A DNA stretch of 32,000 nt from Geobacter sulfurreducens PCA. Lineage in GTDB: Bacteria; Desulfobacterota; Desulfuromonadia; Geobacterales; Geobacteraceae. Numbering within the stretch: position 1 is the first letter of the stretch; each line of letters starts with the position of its first letter. The DNA is taken from the NCBI RefSeq assembly GCF_000007985.2, contig NC_002939.5, positions 840,001 through 872,000 on the forward strand, read 5' to 3'. Positions 7,955-15,130 of the stretch are shown piece by piece. The notes under the pieces were generated by a model. The model was not told where the DNA came from. It saw nothing but the letters and a program-made list of their open reading frames with translations, and made no database searches. The position numbers and the translations under genes are program-made.

Positions 7955-8128
7955 ATGTTTGGATTCGGAATGCCTGAAATGATCATTATCCTCGTCATCG
8001 CCCTGGTGGTGGTGGGGCCGTCCAAGCTGCCCCAGCTGGGGCAGGCCCTTGGCAGCAGCATCAAGAGTTTCAAGAAGGGGATGAACGAAGACGAAGTGAA
8101 GGTCATCAACAAGACCAACGAGGCCTGA
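7955..8128 (+). CDS. tatA: Twin-arginine translocase subunit TatA/E, second copy
   Basis: MFGFGMPEMIIILVIALVVVGPSKLPQLGQALGSSIKSFKKG... with GGGAGGAA Shine-Dalgarno upstream. The track ORF 7832..8128 carries an implausible Arg-rich N-terminal extension. Confidence 0.9.
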   Translation: MFGFGMPEMIIILVIALVVVGPSKLPQLGQALGSSIKSFKKGMNEDEVKVINKTNEA

Positions 8129-8162
8129 TCGACGGGTAGGTCATGGAAGCGGGAGGTGTGTC

Positions 8163-8360
8163 ATGCTGACGGTCATCATTGGTGCAGTGGCGTTGTTCGC
8201 GGCGGGAGTGCTCTTTTCACTGCCCGAGGTTCACCACGTCTACGGGTTCGGCGGGATCGCCCTCGGCGCATTGCTCGCCTGCACCACGCTTCTGGCCGAA
8301 ACCCGGGCCCTCTCCGACTTCTGGTCCCGGTTCAGGCCCAGGGGGGGCGGCGAGGTCTGA
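8163..8360 (+). CDS. Small hypothetical membrane protein (65 aa, two predicted TM helices)
   Basis: GGGAGG Shine-Dalgarno 7 nt upstream of the ATG. Hydrophobic segments VIIGAVALFAAGVLF and GGIALGALLACTTLL. No family recognised. Confidence 0.45.
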   Translation: MLTVIIGAVALFAAGVLFSLPEVHHVYGFGGIALGALLACTTLLAETRALSDFWSRFRPRGGGEV

Positions 8361-8482
8361 GTAGCGCACGGGGCGAAGGCGGCACGACTGTGTTCGGCCC
8401 AGCTCCCTGAAGCCGCAAAGTAGTGAAATCGGCCGGGCGAAACGGCAACCTGCCGCATGCGACGTCGTCCGCCCGTTGATGT

Positions 8483-8526
8483 CATAACAAAAGAGAGGGG
8501 CCGCGAGGCTCCTCTCTTTTGTTATG
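8483..8526. terminator. Long perfect hairpin between convergent genes (probable bidirectional terminator)
   Basis: CATAACAAAAGAGAGG ... CCTCTCTTTTGTTATG form 16 perfect bp, and the 12-nt apical part can pair further. A/T-rich arm ends give U-rich tails on both strands. Confidence 0.7.
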
Positions 8527-8541
8527 GTCCTGCCCGTTGTG

Positions 8542-8919
8542 CTAGTGTTCCGCCGTCGTCGTCCTGATAACGCCGAGCACCGCCTCGCGGGTGAAGGGCT
8601 TGGGCAGGAAATCGCTGGCCCCGCCGTCAAAGGCCGCGCGGACCACCTCGTCGCAGGCGTAGGCGGTCATCATCACCACGGGGAGGGCAGGGCGCAGTTC
8701 CTTCACCCGATGCAGAATCTCCAACCCGTCGGCATCAGGGAGCCGCATGTCCTGCAACAGCAGACTCGCGTCTCCGGGGTCTCCCCCCTCGATCCTCGCC
8801 AGCAGGCTCGTTCCGTTGCCGAAGGTTTCAACCCTCAGCCCCGCCGCCTCGATCATCTTTTTGAGGTAACGCAGCATCCCTTCTTCATCGTCACAGATCA
8901 GCACGGAACCACCGAACAT
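8542..8919 (-). CDS. Stand-alone response-regulator receiver (CheY-like) protein
   Basis: VLICDDEEG, LLLQDMRLPDADG, VVMMTAY and FLPKPF match the canonical REC acidic pocket, phospho-Asp, T and K positions. The ATG at 8919 has GGAGGA 4 nt upstream. The track ORF starts at a TTG at 8967; ATGs at 8946 and 8931 are alternatives. Confidence 0.85.
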   Translation of the reverse strand: MFGGSVLICDDEEGMLRYLKKMIEAAGLRVETFGNGTSLLARIEGGDPGDASLLLQDMRLPDADGLEILHRVKELRPALPVVMMTAYACDEVVRAAFDGGASDFLPKPFTREAVLGVIRTTTAEH

Positions 8920-9132
8920 GACGTCCTCCATGACTTGTGTGATCATTTCTGCTCTGTATTGGGACAAAATGTCGCACCCCGTTCAGGAAACCAATGGTTC
9001 GACTGTGGTTAAGCTCAATAATCACGCGCTTTTGGCGTATATCCCCTGAGGGCTTTGAGAATCGATTTCTGGTGATGGAGATTCATCAACAAAAATAATG
9101 CCAGTTGCAGGCGTAGATCGAAACCGGCTGTG

Positions 9133-10053
9133 TCAGAACGAATAACCGATGGTGCCGAACGCCAGGGTCGACCGGGTGCCGAAGAAGTCGATGTTGGCCA
9201 GGGTCTGCTCCCAGATCACGCCCAACGTGGCCGACACATTGCGCAGGCCCGCCACGTTGGAGGCCGATGCGGTCGCACCGGCTCCGTAGCCCCATTCCGT
9301 CCGGGTCTGGTCGTAGATAGGGTGGACGGCATCATATCCGGCGTAGCTGCCCGACACCCGTCCCGAAAGGGAAAGGTCGCCCTTGCGCCAGCCAACGGAC
9401 AGGCGCGCCTCGCCGCTGTGGTAACGATTGCTTTCACCGTCCGCCGCGCCGCGCTCGTAGGAAACCGACGGCGTTACCGTGATCTCTCGCGATGCCTCGA
9501 TCTTGCCCGACAGGGTCAGACGGTGGGTGGAGCCGTCCCTTTCCAGGTCAGGGCTCAGATCTCCGATCAGATCCCGGTCCACATCATTAAGCGTTGCCCG
9601 GTAGGTGATCCCGAGCCGGGCCGGGCCCATATCCTCAATACCGAGCCTTACGCCGTAGATCCGGTTGTCCGTGTCCTCCCGGTCCGTCACGTAGGGGTTC
9701 TCCCAGACGCGCCCCGCGAACTGGTAGAACAGCGCTCCGGTCGCCGTGCCGAAGCCGAGCGTGCGCTTGAGCCCCAGGGCTACGCTCCCTACCTCGTCGG
9801 GTGGTGTGGAGAGAAAGAACTCGTTGGCGCTCCCTTCGGCCCGGTACCTGAGGTCGACGAGGGCAATGGGATAGAGGTGGGTTACGGTCTTCGGCTTCGC
9901 GTGGATGCTGTCGATGTGGTTTTTCCCCCGGCCCCAGAGGTTGTCGGCCTTGGCCACCGCCAGCACTCCCCCGTCCACCCGCCCCGTAAAACCGGCCCCC
10001 CACGCCGGCAGCGCCACAACAGCGCAAAAGAGAAACGCTAGCACTATCCTCAT
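9133..10053 (-). CDS. Putative outer-membrane beta-barrel protein
   Basis: Signal peptide MRIVLAFLFCAVVALPAWGA, alternating amphipathic Tyr/Gly-rich strands, and a C-terminal ...GTIGYSF ending in Phe (OMP sorting signature). Confidence 0.7.
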   Translation of the reverse strand: MRIVLAFLFCAVVALPAWGAGFTGRVDGGVLAVAKADNLWGRGKNHIDSIHAKPKTVTHLYPIALVDLRYRAEGSANEFFLSTPPDEVGSVALGLKRTLGFGTATGALFYQFAGRVWENPYVTDREDTDNRIYGVRLGIEDMGPARLGITYRATLNDVDRDLIGDLSPDLERDGSTHRLTLSGKIEASREITVTPSVSYERGAADGESNRYHSGEARLSVGWRKGDLSLSGRVSGSYAGYDAVHPIYDQTRTEWGYGAGATASASNVAGLRNVSATLGVIWEQTLANIDFFGTRSTLAFGTIGYSF

Positions 10054-10098
10054 TCAACCCCCCTTTGGCCTATCGGGCACTCACTTCTTGCCTGAGAC

Positions 10099-10126
10099 AG
10101 TGTAGCAGACCTCCGCGGGCGAGCAA
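10099..10126 (-). promoter_or_regulatory. Predicted sigma70 promoter for the OMP gene
   Basis: Minus strand reads TTGCTC-16 nt-TACACT, with TGC immediately upstream of the -10 (extended -10 TGCTACACT). It lies ~45 nt upstream of the ATG. Confidence 0.45.
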
Positions 10127-10200
10127 TGGGGGCAGATGTATACGTCCGGAGTGCGAGAGCCACCTCCGTACGTTTGAAAAATGTTACAGATCGGTTGGTT

Positions 10201-10509
10201 TCAGCATTCCTCGCAGATGAAGCGGCGGCAGACATCGGGCCGGTCCGGATAAATGGCGCAGCGGCCGTCCGCGAGGAACTCGCAGCCGTTCTCAATGAGC
10301 AACAGGTGTCGGCCCGTGAGGGAGAAGTGGAGACGGGTGGCCCCGAGGGCGTGGAGCCGTTCATACTCGGGCCAGGAGATAGGTACGCTGGGAAAGGCGC
10401 GGCAGCAGGCGCCATCGCAGGTCTTGCAGGGCAGGGGGTCACTGGCGGGCCGGTCCAGCAGGAGGCCGTGCCGTTTGATCTTTGAGGGGACAAGCCGTGG
10501 GAATTTCAT
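10201..10509 (-). CDS. YkgJ-family cysteine-cluster protein (putative Zn/Fe-chelating domain)
   Basis: CKTCDGACC (CxxCxxCC) plus the C-terminal C-rich part CEFL...GRCAIYPDRPDVCRRF. GGGAGGG Shine-Dalgarno upstream. Confidence 0.85.
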   Translation of the reverse strand: MKFPRLVPSKIKRHGLLLDRPASDPLPCKTCDGACCRAFPSVPISWPEYERLHALGATRLHFSLTGRHLLLIENGCEFLADGRCAIYPDRPDVCRRFICEEC

Positions 10510-10600
10510 GGGTTTCCCTCCCGCTTCGCCGGATGTCTGTCGACCCTCTGAGTGGGCCGGGCAGGAGTGACCGATGTCCGGTGACCGGCAATTGGAACAC

Positions 10601-10628
10601 AGTGTAGCAAAAGCCGGTTGTCCTTCAA
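10601..10628 (-). promoter_or_regulatory. Predicted sigma70 promoter for the ykgJ-like gene
   Basis: Minus strand reads TTGAAG-16 nt-TACACT with the same extended -10 (TGCTACACTGT) as at 10097-10107. Confidence 0.45.
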
Positions 10629-10638
10629 GGCGGTTGCG

Positions 10639-11409
10639 TCAGGTGATGACCTCGAACCGATACTCCACGGTGCGCGGATGGTCGGCAGCGCCGTTGTAGC
10701 TCCGCTCCACGAAGGTGCACTGCCCGCTGCGATCCACGAGGATCACCGTGGACGAGCGGGTGCCGTAGGTGGGGCTGGTGATGAAGAGGGGAGAGAGGAG
10801 GCGCTCCCAATCGAGGCTGACCCCCGTGTCGGGCAGCAGATGGTCGGGCGCTGGGGTACGGTTGGCCAGGATGGCGAAGAGGTCGTCCACGGCCGGTTCG
10901 TCCGCTGTTGCCAGGAGGCGCGCCAAGGCATCCCTGCCCCGCGCCACCTTGGGCCAGGGGGTGTCGAGCAGGTGGTTGGAAAGGCCGTGGATTCCAGGCG
11001 ACAGGGGTGATGCGGCCGCGCCCCGGTTCGAATGGTAGTGGAGCCCGTTGCCGTCGCCGAAGATCAGGTTGAAGCCGTTGTAGTCGTGCCCGTTCCGCTG
11101 CAGGTGCTCCAGCCACCGGGACGGTGCCTCGTCTCCGCCCAGGAAGCCGGCCACCAGCTCACCCCGTGAGCGCGCGCCCACCCGATGGGCTCCGGGATCG
11201 CGGTAGTTGGTGACCGCGGCGATCCTGCCGTCTCGCGTTACCCCGCACCAGGTGCCGCCGGCCGTCAGGTCCCGCCCGGCCAGGACCTGAGGGGCATCGT
11301 CCCAGAAGGCGGCCGGTGCCGTGGGGCGGGCGTAGAACTCGTCCCGGTTGGCGGCCAGCACCAGGCGGTAGCGCGGATGGGCATCGAGGGCGAAGAGGAT
11401 CAGGCACAT
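10639..11409 (-). CDS. NRDE-family protein (TANGO2/DUF833 homolog)
   Basis: MCLILFA... then the diagnostic LAANRDEFYARPT motif, and GGTWCGV...AAVTNYR. Confidence 0.9.
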   Translation of the reverse strand: MCLILFALDAHPRYRLVLAANRDEFYARPTAPAAFWDDAPQVLAGRDLTAGGTWCGVTRDGRIAAVTNYRDPGAHRVGARSRGELVAGFLGGDEAPSRWLEHLQRNGHDYNGFNLIFGDGNGLHYHSNRGAAASPLSPGIHGLSNHLLDTPWPKVARGRDALARLLATADEPAVDDLFAILANRTPAPDHLLPDTGVSLDWERLLSPLFITSPTYGTRSSTVILVDRSGQCTFVERSYNGAADHPRTVEYRFEVIT

Positions 11410-11462
11410 GGGCGGTTCCTTGCGCGCGGGTCTGCGGCGTGTGGTGCCGGTTGCGGCCGCTG

Positions 11463-12017
11463 CTATTTCATGTCGCTTCCCTTTGCGTGCCCCTCCCTTT
11501 TCATCTTCATCTGTTTGCGCTTGTCGCGAATCATCTTGGTGTCGGAATACATATCCTCATAGGCGGACTTGATGGCCTCGTCAAAGGAGGCCGGCCTGCC
11601 GCCGTTTTCCTTGATGAACGCTTCCGCCGCATCCTTGGCGGCAAAGGCCCACTTGGCATTTCTGGTCATTACCCCCTGTTTGCTGCCGCCGATAACCCAA
11701 TAGGCCTTTTCGGCATCGATGAGTTGCTTGGTGGAGTAGTCGGCCACCATTATGGACTTCGGGGCCTTGTCGATGTTGTTTGCCAGGTCGACTGCGACGC
11801 AATGCAGGCTGCAGGTGGCTACGGTGGTGCCGTCCTCGAACTCGATCAGCATGCGGCTGTGTGCGAACTTCTCCCGATCCATGCCGCAGTACTGGCACGA
11901 TTTGTGGGCCGAAACGTCCTTCCCGTGGCTCGATGCGGCGCCAACCCCGGCCGTGAAAACAACGATGGTCATGGTCAGCGACAGGGCCAGACAGAACAGC
12001 TTACGGAATTGCCTCAT
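11463..12017 (-). CDS. NosL-family protein, exported
   Basis: Signal peptide, CQYCGM motif and overall NosL-like layout. The ATG at 12017 has AGGAGG 7 nt upstream. The track ORF is extended to 12050. Confidence 0.75.
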   Translation of the reverse strand: MRQFRKLFCLALSLTMTIVVFTAGVGAASSHGKDVSAHKSCQYCGMDREKFAHSRMLIEFEDGTTVATCSLHCVAVDLANNIDKAPKSIMVADYSTKQLIDAEKAYWVIGGSKQGVMTRNAKWAFAAKDAAEAFIKENGGRPASFDEAIKSAYEDMYSDTKMIRDKRKQMKMKREGHAKGSDMK

Positions 12018-12145
12018 GCACATCCCTCCTCGTGTGATATTTCGGCGCACTCATTACGCCGCCTGCGATGGTTGTGGCACCCCCCGCCGGGGCTCGTTGC
12101 GATGAGTCCCGAAAATGAACATGCAGGGGCCGCCCTGGTGCCCCA

Positions 12146-13828
12146 CTATTTGTCAGAAGTCCTGAGGGCGAACGGCCAGGCCAGAATCCCGCCGTCCATG
12201 AATTTTGCATTCCTGAAGCCTGCCGCGTCGAGGATCTTCTGGGCCTCATAGCCGCGAAGGCTGATCTTGCAAAAGGCGATGATCTCCTTGTCCCTGGGCA
12301 GTTCCTCAAGCTTCTCCCGCAGCATCCCGAGCGGGATCAGCTTGGCGCCTTCGATCCCCACTGCGTTGTGCTCTGCCGGCGAACGGACATCGAGCAGGAT
12401 GAAGTCATCACCCTCATCGAACTTGCGTTTCACCTCCCGGGGCGTGATGCCGCGGGCATGGCCGGCCAGCTTGTTTTTCAGGATGTCGGCGGCAACGATC
12501 AGATTGTCCATCGCGGCGGAGTAGGGCGGCGCATAGGCGAGATCGAGCTGCGCCACCTGCTCGGCGGTTGCGCCGAACGTGATGGCAGTGGCGGCGGCGT
12601 CGAGCCGCTTGTCGACGGCGCCTTCGCCCACGGCTTGCAGGCCGAGAATCCGGCCGGTGCCCCGTTCGGCAACCAGCTTGAGAATGATGGGCTTGGCCCC
12701 GGGGAAGAAGTGAGCCTTGTCGTGGGACGGCGACAGGACAGTCTCCACCTCGAACCCGTGCGCCTTGGCCTCTGCCTCGGTGAGACCCGTTTTGCCGGCA
12801 TTGACAGCGAATACCCGCAGAATGCTGGTGCCGATGACCCCGGCAAAGGTTGCCTCGCCGCCGGCGGCATTGATCCCGGCAACCCGGCCCTGCTTGTTGG
12901 CGGTGCTCCCCAGGGGGATGAACACCTTTTTGCCGGTAATGAGATGCGTGGTTTCGCAGCAGTCGCCGCAGGCGTAGATGTCGGGATCGGTGGTGCATTG
13001 GCGCGTATCGACCGCAATGGCTCCGGTGGGCCCTATCTCCAGTCCGGCGCCGCGGGCCAGCTCGACATTGGGGGCAACGCCGGGAGCAAGGACCACCAGA
13101 TCGGCCGGGATCCGCACGTCCCCTATTTGTACCGCCTCGACGGCGGCATCACCGACGAGGCCGGTCACCGCGCTGCCGGTCATGACGGTGACGCCCTGCT
13201 GCCTGAGTTGCTTTTCCACCAGTGCCGCCATCTCCCAGTCCAGTACGCCGGGCAGCATCTGGTCCCGCATTTCGACGACCGCTACCTGCAACCCCTTGTG
13301 ACGCAGCGCTTCAGCCGTTTCCAGCCCGATCAGTCCGCCGCCGACGATACAGGCCCGGGTGCCGGGAACAGCCAGACTCTTAAGCAGTTCGGCATCCTCG
13401 ATGCTCTTGACGGTGAGAACATTGGCCAGATTGACGTTGCTGATCTGCGGGATGAACGGGGTGCTGCCGGTGGCCAGAACCAGGCGGTCATAAGGGAGCT
13501 TCGTTTCCCGGGATGTCTGGCAATCACGCATGCATACGGTTTTTGCTGCGCGATCGATCGCAATGACCTCGGTAGCGGTCTTGACGGTCACGCCCTTGAC
13601 CTTCCTGAAGAACTGATGGTCGCGAACGACGCCGACGGGCGTGCTCATCAGCTCCTTCACGTCTTCAACGGTATCAGAAACGAAATAGGGAATACCGCAG
13701 GCACCGTAGGAAATGAAGGTGCCCCGGTCAATCAGGGTTATTTCGGCTGTCGGGTTGATCCGCTTCGCTTTCGAGGCCGCCTTGGCGCCGGCGGCGTTTG
13801 CGCCGATCACCACAATGCTCATCTTCAT
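12146..13828 (-). CDS. FAD-dependent CoA-disulfide reductase/NADH oxidase-family enzyme with C-terminal rhodanese domain (persulfide/polysulfide reductase type)
   Basis: VVIGANAAG dinucleotide fold and redox Cys in SYGACGIPY (Cys44). A second Rossmann motif IVGGGLIGLE. C-terminal rhodanese with catalytic loop FCKISLRG. Confidence 0.9.
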   Translation of the reverse strand: MKMSIVVIGANAAGAKAASKAKRINPTAEITLIDRGTFISYGACGIPYFVSDTVEDVKELMSTPVGVVRDHQFFRKVKGVTVKTATEVIAIDRAAKTVCMRDCQTSRETKLPYDRLVLATGSTPFIPQISNVNLANVLTVKSIEDAELLKSLAVPGTRACIVGGGLIGLETAEALRHKGLQVAVVEMRDQMLPGVLDWEMAALVEKQLRQQGVTVMTGSAVTGLVGDAAVEAVQIGDVRIPADLVVLAPGVAPNVELARGAGLEIGPTGAIAVDTRQCTTDPDIYACGDCCETTHLITGKKVFIPLGSTANKQGRVAGINAAGGEATFAGVIGTSILRVFAVNAGKTGLTEAEAKAHGFEVETVLSPSHDKAHFFPGAKPIILKLVAERGTGRILGLQAVGEGAVDKRLDAAATAITFGATAEQVAQLDLAYAPPYSAAMDNLIVAADILKNKLAGHARGITPREVKRKFDEGDDFILLDVRSPAEHNAVGIEGAKLIPLGMLREKLEELPRDKEIIAFCKISLRGYEAQKILDAAGFRNAKFMDGGILAWPFALRTSDK

Positions 13829-13890
13829 GCACGTATCTCCGGTTCAAGATAGTAGTGTCCGGCACGTCGCCGGTGCTGCCGGTGCTGCCA

Positions 13891-14199
13891 TCACTTTTCC
13901 AGGGGATGGCCGGCCTGCCGCCAGGCGGACATGTGCCCGTCCAGCAACTCCACATTCCGGTAGCCGTATAACCCGAGCAGCCCCTTGGCCATCTGGGCGC
14001 GCGGTCCGTGTTCGCAGGTGACCACCAGCTCCGCACTCTTGTCGGCGGGGAGACGGGCGAGCATCAGGAGGATTTTCCAGGCCGGGGCATGGACCGCGCC
14101 GGGGACGTGACCGGCCTTGAACTCAAAGCCGGTCCGGACATCGATAACCGTCGGCGGGTTGTTCGCTTTCCTGCGTTTCAGCAATTCATTGGACCGCAT
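13891..14199 (-). CDS. Single-domain rhodanese sulfurtransferase
   Basis: VIDVRTGFEFKAGHVPGAVH and active-site loop CEHGPRA. GAGGAA Shine-Dalgarno upstream. Confidence 0.9.
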   Translation of the reverse strand: MRSNELLKRRKANNPPTVIDVRTGFEFKAGHVPGAVHAPAWKILLMLARLPADKSAELVVTCEHGPRAQMAKGLLGLYGYRNVELLDGHMSAWRQAGHPLEK

Positions 14200-14254
14200 C
14201 TCGTTTCCTCATATTTCGGGCGGGAAATCGATTTCGTAGTATCGGCACAGGTTG

Positions 14255-14283
14255 AGTATAAAGACGGCGGGCCGGCAGTGCAA
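14255..14283 (-). promoter_or_regulatory. Predicted sigma70 promoter for the rhodanese/CoADR cluster
   Basis: Minus strand reads TTGCAC-17 nt-TATACT, ~55 nt upstream of the rhodanese ATG. Confidence 0.45.
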
Positions 14284-14641
14284 GCGGCGAGGCATGCAAA
14301 CAGACCAAATATCTCGAATGGCCTGCGCGCGGACCCGCCCGCGGCCATCAGGGGCAACCCGATAAGGCCGTGGTTGTTTGGTGTACTGCAGCGAGGTTGG
14401 GGGGAAATGGTGATACATGCCTCGGAACGCGCGACGCGACATGGCCGCGTTCTCCAGCACGTCATTGCGCGAGACGCTGAAGGCGAGATGGTTTTCCGGG
14501 TGATCAGGCCGGCAACTCTTTGCGGACCTGGTGCTGCTTGTCCATTCGGGACGCCCCTGTCGGGCGCTGCCACGCACCGGCCGTCGTGTCATTGGGGGAA
14601 GGCTAAGGGGGGCACACGTTTTTCCCCTTACCTCTGCCCCA

Positions 14642-15115
14642 CTACCTTTGCTCTGATGTGCGTACGCGCTGGGCCCGCCGTTCCCGGGCCGCCTCGCAGA
14701 GGCGCCGCTCCTCCTCGGTGCGGGGCTCCCAGCGGGGGACTTCCGTGGGCTTGCCCTCCTTGTCCAGGGCGACCATGGTGAAGAATCCCGTGGCCGCCAC
14801 GGCGCTCTCGCCCGTGAGGACATTCTCGGTTTCAACCACCACGTCCACATCGATGGATGTCCGGCCGGTGCAGACCACCCGGGCCTCCACCTTGACCACC
14901 TCCGCCAGCCGTACCGGCCGCAGCAAAGAGATATGCTCGGCCCCGGCCGTGACCACTTCGCGCCGGGTGTAGCGCCAGGCGGCTATGGCGGCGGCCTTGT
15001 CCATGAGCCCCATGATCACCCCGCCGAAGATGGAGCCCGCCGGGTTGGTGTCCTGGGGGAGCAGGGTTTCGATCAGGGTCCATTCCCGATGGTGCGTTTC
15101 CGTTGCGTGTGTCAT
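14642..15115 (-). CDS. Acyl-CoA thioesterase (hotdog fold, YciA-like)
   Basis: LPQDTNPAGSIFGGVIMGLMDKAA, plus GRTSIDVDVVV, typical of acyl-CoA hydrolases. Confidence 0.88.
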   Translation of the reverse strand: MTHATETHHREWTLIETLLPQDTNPAGSIFGGVIMGLMDKAAAIAAWRYTRREVVTAGAEHISLLRPVRLAEVVKVEARVVCTGRTSIDVDVVVETENVLTGESAVAATGFFTMVALDKEGKPTEVPRWEPRTEEERRLCEAARERRAQRVRTSEQR

Positions 15116-15130
15116 GTGTACCTCGCGTGG

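Noticed and set aside
9088-9103. Sigma54-like element TGGCAT-TATTT-TTGTT on the minus strand, upstream of the receiver gene.
   Set aside because: Spacing is right, but both the -24 (CAT for CAC) and the conserved -12 GC (GT) deviate. It also sits just downstream of the OMP stop. That is too weak to call without TSS data.
13871-13888. 9-nt tandem repeat CGGTGCTGC x2 between the rhodanese and CoADR genes.
   Set aside because: Only two copies in a 62-nt spacer. This is likely a slippage footprint with no evident function.
14490-14545. SRP (4.5S) RNA-like words (AGCAGC, CAGGTCCG) in the unexplained spacer.
   Set aside because: The motifs are in the wrong order and orientation relative to the conserved domain IV sequence, and no flanking helix supports it.
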